Under the pieces are notes generated by a model. It saw nothing but the letters and a program-made list of their open reading frames with translations, was not told the origin of the DNA and did no database searches. From Sphagnum compactum (taxonomy: Eukaryota), in NCBI GenBank assembly GCA_965153455.1, contig OZ234493.1:26588213-26652212 (forward strand): a stretch of DNA of 64,000 nt, read 5' to 3'. Each line of letters starts with the position of its first letter. Positions within the stretch are counted from its first letter, which is position 1. The position numbers were made by a program, and so were the translations under genes. This document shows, in pieces, positions 41,785 through 54,700 of the stretch.

Positions 41785-43024
41785 CCAGTGGTTCTTGTGA
41801 TCTCATGGGCTGATTTATATATGAGTGATGGGTTCTGTGTTGAGGCAATCGGCTGGTTTGTGAGGAGACAGCAGCAGTAGCCGGAGAGAGAATCTGCAGT
41901 TGTAGTTGCAGACGAATCTTGATCTTTTTGCTAGAAGGTGGAGAGGAAGTCTTGTAAGCCTATTTGCTGAAAGGGAAAATAATAGAGCAACGTTGCTAGC
42001 TACTAAGATACTAGAAGGAGTTTTGATCAGATGAAGGAAGAAGAGGACGAGCCATGTGGAGGAGGAATCAAAAGAAAGGATGAGCATAATTAGATACATC
42101 ATGATGACGAGTCTTGCGATGAGTACACTAGTTTGTCTGCGTAGTACTGCAATTTCCGACCCACAGTCGAGTTTCTTGCTGGCTGCATCGATCGTTGATA
42201 TCAACTAGTGATCAGCATCCCGGCGCCCGCCCAGCACATTTGGTGTCAGGAGGCAGCACACTTGCACCTGTGTAGAAGACTGTAGCACGGCCGTGTGCTG
42301 CAGCTACTGTGAGGCCGGGTCTTTCGGTTTTGTGACTCGAATTGGTGGTGCGTTGACAATCCGTCTCTGATGCAACCTCCTCCTCCTCCTCCTCCATGTT
42401 TGTTGCAGCCAGGCCGCTCATGCCACTGGCGTGCAATGATTAATGGGACTGTAGAGGATTGATCACTGACGGGGGTTTGTGTTTGTGACGCCTCTAGCCT
42501 TTTGATCGTTGCTTCTGGTACCGATCTTGGACCATTACCTCTGATGGGGTGAGCAGTCAACCATCTCTGAAAACAGCGGGGAAAGGTGTTGGATCTTGTA
42601 CTAGTTCGTGTAAGTGTTGGCATTCTTGCACAGTACCGGTGCATGAAGTTTTCAACCCAGCAGCTTGTGTTTGGTTCTAGTCTAGCGTTCCCGACCAAGA
42701 AGGCCATGACATTGTCGCGGAGGCGGTCCTATTTTGAGAGAAGAGAAGGAGCTCGATCCCTTCGTGGCCGGGTCGGTTTTTGAGGCCTGCTCAGGATGCA
42801 CTTCTTCGAAATGGCGGTAATCGGATTCCCTGGTTGAGCATGTTCGTTTGGAATTTTGATGAAGGCAATTAGCCGTGCGTCCACCTTTTTGTCAGTGACA
42901 TACGAGATTTTAAGCTGCTGCAGCTCTCGTCAATCCACGCTGCTGCAGCCCAGGAGATTCATCTCCGCTACTATCTTCGCTCCTGTAGCGCATATGAGAC
43001 TTTCTCTCTCCTGAGGACAGCCCC

Positions 43025-46000
43025 ATGTTTACACTCCATGGTTGTCCCCCCGCCTCGCAGCTCGCAAGCGCCTCAAACAACCCGGCCGTAATTCTCGATC
43101 CGTTTCTTCCGTGCTCTGCAACTCAGAAACCGAGCTTGCATCGGAAATGGTCCCGATGGTCTGTGCGTGCCAAAGTCGCCGTCGACGAGGGGGGAAGAGC
43201 CAGGCTGCAGCTGACGGATTGTCCTCCAGCGGAGAAGACGAACGGAATTGAAATTTCAGGCCGCTGCCCTCCGCGCTTGGAATTTGCAGGGCGGGTTGAT
43301 CACGGCGACTGTTCCATTGTCAAGCCTGCGGTGCGGACGCAAACGTTGGCGCGCGTAATCGTCATCGCTGGACCGACCGCTGTTGGGAAGACGCGAGTGG
43401 CATTGACCCTAGCGAAGCAGGTGGGAGGCGAGATTATCAGTGCTGATTCCGTGCAGGTCAGTAATTGCATGTGTGTTTCTCAATTGGGCCCCCTGTTGCA
43501 GCAGCAGCAAGGTCTGGAGTGGCAGATTATGTCATTTTGTTGACCACATTCTATGACATAATCTTCCAATAATCATCATACACACTTGTAATAATAGTGA
43601 CCAAACCAGAGTGTTTGTTGAACATGAATTTTTGAAAAAGAATTGTCTAAACTGCCACCCCAGACCTTAAATGTTATGGAATGGTCTTGCCCCTGCCCAT
43701 TATTTTGAGTACACAGCCAAGCAAGCCCATCACCAAGCTCCCCTGCCTCCTCACCCAACATAATGGGCAGGGGCTTGACCATTCCATGGTACATTACTGC
43801 ACTGGAATCTTCTGTTCAAATGTGTAGTTTCACTCACAAACCCCTGTTTGCATTTGGCAGGTTTATAAAGGCTTGAATGTTGGAAGTGCCAAAACTCCAG
43901 CATGTGAGCGTGGGGTGAGTAATCAATCACAGCACGTAATGTTCATGTGTTCAGTCGGTTTTTTTCTGATCTACAGAATTCTAGAGTGTTGCAACACATG
44001 GAATTTCTGATTGCGATTTTCTTTAATCTGAACCCTGCTGAAGAACCCTATGCTACTCTACTCTTTTGCTAGTACAGCATTTGGTTTCTGTTGAGGTTCC
44101 ATGAAATGTCTGTACCATCAAGCAAAGGACTGAAGGATCATGTCAACTGATAATGAGCAGAGTAAGAAGCTCTCTCGTGTTGCTCTGCAGGGTGTTCCAC
44201 ATCATATTCTAGACATGGCTCTTCCGACACAAGGTACACTATATACTTCATGGAGCAAACTACTCTCTTCTTCTCCTGTGCTTTTTAGATTGATCCCCTG
44301 GATCATCCACATGCTAACAACTCGTACACAAGTGTCTTCTCACAAAACTAGTACAAAATTTTGCACTGGTTATTTTTGTTTTCTGACATGGTGTTGCTGG
44401 TTACTGCAGAGTACACAGTTGAACAATTCTTCAAAGATGCCAGGGCTGCCACGGAGCTGGTTCTAGCTAGAGGTCGTGTGCCGATTGTTGTTGGAGGCAC
44501 AGGCACATACTTACGTTGGTGTGTGTATGCTCTGCCTACTTCTGAACTAGTTCTGAACTAGAGCCAAAGAAGATTGTCTCCAGATTCTTGCAAGCCATTG
44601 ATACCAGCGCACATGAATGCCCCAACACAAGTACTTTGATCAAATCTCTAATTTAGACTTCACCCATCAGAACAGGGACTGCATTACAACGTTTTGCAGG
44701 TTCCTGGTGAAACTCAACATTTGAACCATTGGCTCTTCTCTATGGTCTTTGGTCCATTTGTAACTTGTATGTCATCAATACCAACAATTGTGGTGGCCAC
44801 AAAGAACTGGGCTTTCTGCTCTGAATGACGTATGTCTCAGGTACATGAATGGGAAAGCAGGGGCTCCAAAAGCTACACCTCATGTCAATGCTGCAGTGGA
44901 AGCTGATATTTGCCATCTGCGGAGTGGAGGAGGAGGCTGGGAGGCAGGGGTGCACATGCTTGCACAAGCTGGTGACCCAGTTACTGCATACAGTCTGCCT
45001 CACAATGAGTGGTATCAGCTGCGCCGCTCCCTTGAGATTGTCAAGGTATTCATAGTGTTAAAAATGCATTCATACACTCTTTGGTCTACATCTGTGGCAA
45101 CCAGTTTTGGACTCAGCAAAATAATTTTGCACTTCCAAATAGGTGGCACATGAACCTGGGTAGTGAACCTTTTGATGCAGGTGTCAGGCCATCCTTGCAC
45201 AGCATTTCCAAAGCCCTGCAATTACAGAGAGGATGGAGTCAATGGAGATACAGAGTGGGATTATGACTTCCAGTGCTATTTCTTGTATCAACACCGTGCA
45301 GACCTGTACCATTGGATAGATTTGCGATGTGAACAAATGGTGGCTGGTACATTCCGCAATTTTTTTTTCTGAGCCCATCTGAATCCTCAATATTACTGTC
45401 AATTTTCAATCTGCTGAATATGGACAGTGGGTCTGCCAAGTTGTACACCCAGGAAGGCCTGCTTGTGGCTGGTATACCAGCTCAAGCCCTCATCATATTC
45501 CATAAAATACCTGTGCAAGGTTGGAGAGAATGCTGTAGCAGTTTGTTGCTAGCCTGTTGCAAATTCTGGCGTAAATACCTCAAAATACTGATGTGTGTGG
45601 ATGCAGAGACTGGGGGCCTGCTTGAGGAGGCATCATGGCTGCTAGATATGGGTGTGATGCCTAACACAAGCTCGGCTTCCCGTGGCATTGGCTATCAAGA
45701 AGTATGGTCTCTCTTTCCCTTCCATTTGAAGCATCCAGTCTCAATTTCTGGCCTTGCCATGTTATCAGGCTAACATCAATGCTTAGGAAATTTTCTACCT
45801 ATGCAGTGAAATGGTTCAGGGAAACATAGTGTTGATGGGCAAACTAATCATAATCTAACATGGAAGGACATAGCTTTGCAACTCAGAATTCTTTTATGGC
45901 TCAGAGAATATAAGATTAAAGTTATGACTTATCTGTTGGACTAGGCAATGGAGTTTTTGCTAGAGTGTCGTGCTGGAGGGGGTATGACAACAGAAAAGAG

Positions 46001-46950
46001 ATTTTTAGCTTTCCTCTCAGCCTTCCAAAAAGTCTCCAGGTGCAATATCCTCTCAATGGAATCTGTGAATTCGTTCTACCAATTCATTCAATTGGGTAAT
46101 GCCCATTGTTAAGGGTTCTAGGGTTTCCAAGATTAAGGGTTTAGGATTTCCATCCAAATCCAACTTCTCAGCTGGGTTTCTTCAGGAGCAAGGAAGGTTC
46201 TGATAAGAAAATTGTGAGTTGGATTTATTACAGCAAGCTACAGCATAAATGCAAAGTCCCATCTTATTTCACATACTAGCTTGACTTCATTCATGCATCT
46301 GAAATCTACCGAAGTGACAGGAATCTGGTGAAAAAGCAGCTTACATGGTTCCGCCGTGACAATCACAGTGAAGTGCGCTTGTTCCATTGGGTTGACGCTT
46401 CCCAACCACTGGTGAATAAATCTTTTTACGCCATTTTTGCCTTTTATACAAGAGACTGAATTTAGGCATCAAACTGATTGCACCTCTCTGCATATTATCA
46501 GTTGTTAGAATATTGTTCGTGTGATGATAATTGCATATGTGGCATGTCCTGCACTTCTTAATGCTTTTGCATTGCTGCAGGAAAACATTGTCAGTGCTTT
46601 GAAGAAAGAGTATTGGAGGCACCCTGACTTCCCTACTGAGTTGGAGGGAAGTGAGCTCCGGAAGAATGCTAGCTATAAGGAAAGAAAAGTTTTGAAGTAT
46701 TACAAGGTTACAAACAGGTTCAGCATCTTGACTTTCTACTCTGTATTTTGCAAAGTGGAAGTTTATGTATGTATGTAATGTGTTGTTGAAAAAGTTGTGG
46801 GTGTCCAAAGCACTATTGAGTCTACTACATAACAGGCAACACTGCTGGGTTTGCAGAATTTTTTCAAATCAACAGGCAATCACCAAAGTCTTAAACTGGG
46901 TAAAGAGAACACAAGGAGTTAACAGGTTTTCCAGCAGCTGTATTTGTTGA
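43025..46950 (+). CDS. IPT9: tRNA dimethylallyltransferase (MiaA / plant IPT9-type tRNA-isopentenyltransferase) with N-terminal transit-peptide-like extension, 11 exons, ~506 aa
   Basis: Hand-spliced exons, all GT-AG and in frame: 43025-43456, 43861-43914, 44191-44233, 44410-44518, 44841-45045, 45181-45346, 45607-45701, 45945-46039, 46321-46411, 46581-46717, 46857-46950. MiaA motifs: VIVIAGPTAVGKT (P-loop), EIISADSVQVYKGL, VPHH, PIVVGGTGTYLRW, LRRSLEI, IGY, KQLTWFR. Confidence 0.95.
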
Positions 46951-49900
46951 CATGTCAAGGATAATTCTACAACCAATCCTCTCCACTCACTCCCTTTGCT
47001 ATAGCTGAGAGCAGCTGCACCAATGATCATTTGAGGTCCTTGTACAAATCCTCAAAGGTAATCTTAGTTTGAGCATGCTGAAAAAAAAAAACACACAATT
47101 TTGGCAGTCATTTTTGCTCATCAATTCTTTTAAATAAAGATTGCACTCATTTGTTTTTTACAAGGATTTCTGTGAAATTGTCTGGTGAAGGCCAAATTCA
47201 TTCCATCTTCTTCGACCTCTGTTCACAAAGAGGTACAGTCCCACACACAGCTTTGCTCTAGGTGCTGCAACAGCTGCTGTGTCCTTGATAGCTCTCTCTC
47301 TCTACACCAGACTGTAGGAGAGATACGCTTAAGAGGGTCTTTTTGGGCTTTGTAGAATCACTAAGGACTGTCCTTTGTCTTCTCATCTTTGTTGAAAAGG
47401 GTGAATGAAATATATCATTTGTCGATCACTTCTTCCCTGATTTGACCCCGAATTGACTAAGCCAACAAGGACTTTTATGGGATTTTAAATGGGTGTGGAC
47501 GATGGATATACATATATAGCCAGTTTTGTGAGGATTTTGCTCACAAAGTATTATGATACTGATTTGGGTGAGGTTTTAATGAAATATTCTTCTATATTTT
47601 TGGCTACCTGCTGGAACTTATCATAATAATTTGGTGATTTGAACTTTTTTTTCCCCTCAAAATGTGGCGAATCTGGGCCATTTATTCCATGAAAACCCTT
47701 TTTATGCATCAAAATAATATTTTTCAGGTCGAAATTTGATGAAAATTAGCCAATCTAAAAAACTACAATTCATATTCTAAGGTTGCAAGGTGGCACTTCT
47801 ATGGAGCATGGCCATCCATCATAAGCACACATGGTACTTCAGGTGTCACTCAAATTGAGTCCAGTTTGAGCCAAAAGTTTATGCTCAAACAGGACACCAA
47901 TGCATAGTCTCTTCCCTACAAGTAAGCCAACAAAGAGCACATATGATGTGCTAGCATCCTGTCTGTTAATAGGAGGAGGAGGAGGTTGTAAGGTTGAAAA
48001 TTGTTTACAGAAATATTGAGGTTTATGCGTCCATCACTGAAATCAAACAAACATGCATTTTTAAAATTCTTATTAAAAGCTCCTTGCACTTTGCATGTGT
48101 TTTGCATGGGCAACATGCAAAAAAACATGCAACATTTAAGAACTAGTTCGTTAACTCATCAAACTCTTCAAATTAATTCCAGATACCAATTTAAAAATCT
48201 CATAGGCGATATTTTTTCACACATAGGCTTATCACAAACATGGTTTTCTTTTTTCAAAATTTCTCAAGTAGGTCCACAGACGAGGATCCCCAACATTAAT
48301 TATCATTAAATGGTGAGTGTCCTAGGTAGGCTGTAGCATTTTTACAAAAGTGCTCTTACAAGTGGTAACCTAGGAAGTGCCGAGGTCTACATGTGGCTTA
48401 TTTAATTATTTTTATTTTGAAAAATGGCAGAAAACTTTTTAAATCACAAAATTTTCATTTTTTGAAAAAAAAACTCACCAAGTTACAAAAATTTCCCCCA
48501 CAGAAACACCAATCACAAACCTACGAGGCTATTATAGCATTTAAGTGCCAATTTACTAAAGAGAACTCCTCAAAACAATTCAAAGCTTCCATCCGAACAA
48601 TCTCATAATTAGTCATATAAGTTTTTGTTTTCACCCCTAGGCACAAGCCTATTTCCACAGACCATATAGGTATATACCCTAGTACCTTGGCCAATTCGAC
48701 ACTAATTATATTATTTTTAGAAATGTTGAAAATTTCAAAAATTATTTGTTCCAAATCAAAAGATATTGTGAAAGAAAATAATGAATATGTAAGAATATTC
48801 CATTTGTTGAAATGAATTTTTCAAAATTAATTAATTATTTGACAAACATGTGTTGAAATGGCCAAGGTATTACGGTATGTGTGTATGTATACATGTATAG
48901 GACCAGGTTGAAGATTTGAAATGAACAACAGGAACCCAATAGGTACCCATGCTCTTAGGAAAAGATACTACCTACCAGGCTGAAAATGGTGAGAAACAGT
49001 TTTTAAAATAAGAATTACATGCAGCCAATGAGAATGCTCAATATGCACTTTGGAAGGCCCAATTTTTTTTCTTTTGGGGATGAGGGGTAGGCTTTGAGAT
49101 ACTTTTTGGTGTTCTCACAATGTTCCCAATAATGCCCTCAATGTTTTCCTCATGTTCCCATGTGTTCCTTAATATGTTCCCAATAGTATCACATTCTAAA
49201 GAATGTATTAAAGATTATCTTTTAAATGCCCAAAAGGTAAGGCAAGAACCCTGTGTGTGTTTGGGCAAAACACAAGGCACAATTAAAAAGCCAAGGCAAG
49301 GTCAACACAAAGGAAAAAGAAGCTAGGGTGGTGAAACTTGAGAATGCACCAATTCCCAAGTTTCACCCTAGTAGGTTTTTGTGTATTGATGCATTGCAAT
49401 AGTTGAATAATCGAGTGAATGTATGTTTCAATCTGCATGAAACTTGAAGCAAACATGTTACCAAAGAAGAGTGAGGAGACCCAAAGTGAAAGAAAAGGTT
49501 TGCAAGATAGGTCTCAAAGGTTTTAGGTTTGAAAGTTGAAAAAGAGGGCTTAAAAAAGCTTGAATGTTTAGGCTTAAGTGTTTAAGCTTGACTGTTTATT
49601 TTCACATTTGCTATTGAACCCCTCAATGTTTTGACATCCTTATCAAGTGATAAAATATGGTTTATCTTTGTAGGCAAAAGGTTTATCCCTTGGAACACAT
49701 TGGAGGTTCTAAGAATTGACCGTAGGTCTTACCTTCAATCCATTGCAAACATCAAAATCTCAAGGCAGTTTCCAAAAACATTTGGAATTTGAGCTTCCAC
49801 ACTTAGGGCTGTACTTGCAAATGAGTGATTTAAACCCAACTTTTTACGAATCAGATTTAGATTTTTGTGATTACGCTTATAATGATTTAAAAATCTCTTT

Positions 49901-51305
49901 AAATATATAAGTATTGTAAATAACATGACATTGTAATATTTGATGGGTAACAAGTGTACAGTTTTGTAAATTGTGCCACATTTGCATAATGCCTGAATTG
50001 AGTTTTTTTTCAATTGATTTGTGTTGAAGGGAATTGAATCGCTCTGAGTTGATTTCAATTGGGTGTTTTTTTTAGAATCCCTCTATTGTTGGATTTCAAT
50101 GACCTCCAAATCTTACCCCTTGAGTTTTTCATTACAACCCCCATTTCTTCATTACAAACCCCCTAACCTCTTTTTTAGAATCTTAAATCTTGCCTTTATG
50201 GATCTGATGGCTTATAGACTTTAAACTTTTGATCTTTTATCCTCAAAATTTCCCTCTCTAAATTTAATAACCTATAAGCTTTAGACCTCTTGATTTCTTA
50301 ACCGCAAACCTTGCAAACCGCATTTCTAAATTTCTTAATTACAGATCACCTTATCAATTGGTTTCTTATCCTCAGAGCTTATCTTTCTTAATTTGAGCTA
50401 CAAGCCCTAGACTTGAAGAATTTTACAAGACTAGACAAAAACATGTAAACCACTCATATTAGATATCTCACTCTTGCTACTCTTGTACAAACCATATTAA
50501 TGACCAAGATCAATTTGGAATTATTCTTGAACTAAGTATGAAGGGATCACAAAAAAATTAAGTAAATAAAACAATGAATATTCAAATTTTTACTTTTTTA
50601 ATAGATTCATGAAGACATGCAAACTAGATTTCAAGAGCTTTTTAGTATTTGCATGAATTTAGTGATTTTAAGATTTCAATAGATTTATGGATTATTAGTT
50701 TTTTGTAGATTTTTGGATTCATAGCTTGTCTTTCACATTGGATTCATGGATACATGACTTACTTTTGATTTTTCCAACTCTAGAGCCTAATAATCATATT
50801 TTCTCTTTGGGATTCTTTGACCTACGACCCCCCCAGAACTACCTCAATGATTTTCTCTCTAAATTATTGTTAAAATGGGTACTGAGGGATTTGATACTAA
50901 CTCTAACTCATTCATGATGTAAAACAATGAATGTGAGTTGCTAGTTAATAAGAGACCCACCAAGGCACCTTGGAAAGAGAAATGCATGAGGAACATTGTG
51001 AATTCCTTACACTTGAACTGCATGGTTGCCACTTACCATAACCATTTTATACTCTACAATTGAAACCAAAAAAAATGTGACACAACCTATCTTTAACCAA
51101 GTCTAGAAATTTGTTTATTAGGATTACAAGTTGCAATTTTCGAATTCATCATTATAGGAGAATTTATTTATTTTTTAAATTGCATAAAACTTTGAAAATT
51201 TTAAAAACAAGCACAACAGATGGAAAGGGTGCAAAGAAAGCTATGCCACAAAGTGATCAAGTTTTGACACAACTTAAAACAATAGATGGTCATGCAACCT
51301 GAAAT

Positions 51306-51379
51306 GGCCCTTCCGTGATTTTCGACCTGTTCCCTCGCCCTACTGACCTTGGGCACAGATCTCAAATCACGGAAGGGCC
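51306..51379. mobile_element. 74-bp hairpin mini-MITE (Tourist/Harbinger-like GGCC ends)
   Basis: GGCCCTTCCGTGATTT pairs perfectly with AAATCACGGAAGGGCC, and the stem extends to ~29 bp with mismatches. Confidence 0.7.
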
Positions 51380-51442
51380 TGTACTTAGGCCCTTCTCCTA
51401 TACTAAGAACCCAAATATTTTTTTAAAAACAACAGAGCTAAC

Positions 51443-51546
51443 CACCATGGTTAGCTAGGGAACTGGAACCCAACAGAAAACTGTTTCCTTATCACTTACC
51501 ATCCATCCATCATGGTGCACTGGTGGGCGCTGGTTCATTCTGGCCA
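51443..51546 (+). repeat. 104-bp dispersed element, copy 1 (upstream of hflX)
   Basis: 94/104 identical and ungapped against 62839-62942. Confidence 0.92.
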
Positions 51547-51796
51547 GGATTCGGTTCTACGCTAGCCTACTCGTGTCGTCCAACAATCACGAAAGGCTTC
51601 TTCTATTCCGTGGGAAGTTTTCGTAAGCCTACCGTTGCTTAGGTTTGCAGATATGTGAGCCTGCTATTGAGTAACGATCTTCAAACATTTACACCCCTAC
51701 CAGGTCCACAACAATTTTTTTGCAGAGAATGTCTTCAGAGACTAGAGCTCAAGGCTTGCTGCCTGCGTGAAGCTGACTTCAGAACCACCCACACCC

Positions 51797-54700
51797 ATGA
51801 AGTTGTCGATTATTCAATTCTGTAGGTCAAGATTATTGTTCTTGAGGAACACAAGTTTGGAGAATTGTGGATGTTTGGCTGCTATATCTTTTCGAGATCA
51901 TACCCATTTGGTGGGGTGTTCGAGACTAGACGCTACTTCGGTGATTGGGAGATTAGGTTTAGCAGGTCTGAGCAGCCAATTCGGGTTGTTGGTCAGAGAC
52001 TTTCATCATGGTGGCTCCAAGTGGAGCTCTGAATTCCGAATTGGGGAGAGAGAGAGTGCTCCAAGGTTGCTGGTGGTGCAGCCCAGAGTGTACCCACGAA
52101 CAATTCTCAAAGCTAAGCTGTTGGAAGCTCTGCGTCTAGCGGATTCTCTGGAGGGTCTAAGGGGGAGATCAAAGGCTGAATCCAGGAAGCATACTTCTCC
52201 CTTTGTGCTGGTCCAGAGTCCGCAGTCTCGCTCTTCCAGCAAGCGTCTTCGTGCAGGTATGTAATGGAAAACTCCCACAGGCCGCTCAATCCTAATTAGG
52301 GTTTGCAGAGTGGCATCCACTATTTGTCAATGGAAATTGCAAGGTGTATCCAGTAACATATGTTTTGGAAGGTTGCAGCAGGTGTCTATTTTGGAGCAGG
52401 GACCATTGACATTGTGCGTGCCCATGTTGATGCGGCAGCTTCAAGAGTTAAGATTTAATTGCATCTCCATACCTGATATCTATTAGACCTCGTTCCCTCT
52501 ACAGGATTAATAAGTTCATGCCTTACTGTGCTGTTTTATCAACTTATGATACTGCACTACTTAAGATAATCTAGTCCTAATAAGATGGTGGAATTGTATC
52601 TCCTTGTTATGCTTGTAATTGTGAGCAACCAAAATATATGTGGTGGGTTCTCATGATTTCATCTTCTCATGGTCTTGGAGATCTTGCAGGAGCAGCTGGA
52701 TGCAGTCTTTGTGAATGCACCCCTGTCCGGTGTACAGCAACGCAACCTCGAGGCAAGCACTTGGGTCTGGTTGGTGTTTGCTATCAAAAGATTTAGATTG
52801 TCTAGATGTGCATCTTTACTTGTCAGTTTCTTGGAGTCTTAGATGGGATGGAAATGTTGTTCCACACCTTCATGTGCAGAGGTCATTTGGTTTGCAGAGT
52901 TGAGCCTGTCTGCAACTGTGCAGGCTGCGTGGGGCAAGCCTGTGCTTGACCGAGTTGGATTGATTATTGAGATATTTGGGGCACATGCCCAAACCAAAGA
53001 GGCCAAGCTCCAGGTATGAGGTCTTATTGATCTGTTCACCACTGCAGTTCATACATCACTTCATGTGGCTAGATGGCTGGATGATGAGCCTGGTATGATC
53101 TGCTCTTTGATGAGAAACTTATGTTTAAATGCAGGTCGAATTGGCTGCTCTAGATTACAAGAAAACACGATTGGTCCGTGTTCTTGGAAAAGGGGGTGCG
53201 CGACTTGGTTTTGGTGTTGGTGGAGAAGATGAGGTGGTCAGTGCTCGGGGGTAATGTACTCCCTTTTGTCTCATGGTTTCTGGTTATATGCACAATGTGT
53301 TGACTACCTTCTTTTAGTGTCCAGCATTGAGATAGAAGTGCAGCCTATTACATGCATGGAGGTGATATCAACACAAATGCAGCTTCTTTGCAATCTTGAA
53401 AGTCTTGCATGGGAACAGAAGAATTAGTGCCAGGGAAAAGGTCAGACTCCATGGAACTTGTAGCCTTTTGAAACTGATAAGGTTGGAACAGACGAGCAAG
53501 TGGAGCAATTGGAGGGGCTGGTGAGACAGAGCTTCAATTGCAACGGCGCAGGTGACACCTAGCCTTTTCTTTCTCCTTTCTCCAGTACTATTTGTGCATA
53601 TATGGTGACTTTCATATCTCCATTGCAGTGTTCTTCAAGCATGGTTGTATTCATTGAAATAGGTATCACTTCAGGCAGAAGACTTCTGTGGTGGTTCACC
53701 AAATGGTGGTTCAACAACTGAATGGCTTTGTTAGGTTTGATTAGAATTGGAGAAAGAAGGGACCGTTTGAAGCAAATGCTGAAGGAAGTACAGCGAACCC
53801 GCTCTCTGCACCGAGCTGCTCGTCAACGTCATGCGTTTGCTGGGAGTTGTGGTCGGCAACTTCCTGTTGTAGCTGTGGTTGGATACACAAATGCGGTGAG
53901 GCTTTCAATTTGGTGTTCAATGGAGGAGAAGAAGCAAGGTCATAGGATAATCCTGATGAGCACATTCCTATAGCTGCCTATCTCTTTGAATCCAACCACA
54001 AGGTTTATGGTAGGATGATCCCAATGAGCAAAGACATGTAGCAACTTACACCTTTTAATCCACCTGAAGGGCTTGCTCTATTCCAATATGTTGCAGCCTT
54101 GCTAAACTCATTTTGCACAATCTTTTCCTTTGGTTGAGAACTAAATAACAAGCTTGCACTGATGGGCCATCAATTCCCCCCTGGTGCAGATGCTTTTCTT
54201 TTCATGGTCAACACATCAGTAGGGATTAAGTTTGTGCATCACAGTTTTTCAATGCATTATGCAGGGAAAATCATCAATGGTGGCTGCGCTCTCAAAGAGC
54301 AGCGTTTATGTTGATGATAGGTGCGAAAACTGCAATCACAAGCCTTTTGTTGGATTGCTGGACTTCATTTACATTGCAATCAGGCAGAGCACAATTGGTT
54401 TCCTTTGTCTTCCTTGAACAGATAATTGCCACACATGAGTGGGTTTGTTGGAAAGGCTTATTGTTTTAGTTTTCTGGATTAAATTGACTGCAAGTGTGCA
54501 GGGATCTGAATCACCTTGAAATAGGGCTACATACTCATCTAACTGGTGTTTTATGTAGGAAACTCATGACAGTATTGGTTCTGAAATTACTGCAGACTGT
54601 TTGCAACCCTTGATCCACGTGTGCGCAGTGTTGTGCTTCCTTCAGGGTAGGCTCACTGGCCCTTTAAGAATATGTACCCACATAGATAGCAGCAATGCAT

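Noticed and set aside
41850-42700. miRNA precursor
   Set aside because: No conserved plant miRNA sequence or long stem was recognised by eye.
46936-46950. C-terminal CIC of the IPT as a prenylation signal
   Set aside because: It is not a CaaX box, CXC geranylgeranylation is Rab/REP-dependent, and the protein looks organelle-targeted.
49400-49830. Copia gag remnant (WKLKFQMFLE on the minus strand)
   Set aside because: A single short motif is too weak to call.
46951-51796. hfq remnant between miaA and hflX
   Set aside because: No Sm-like or Hfq motif is visible in any listed ORF, and the spacer looks like 3' UTR plus repeat debris.
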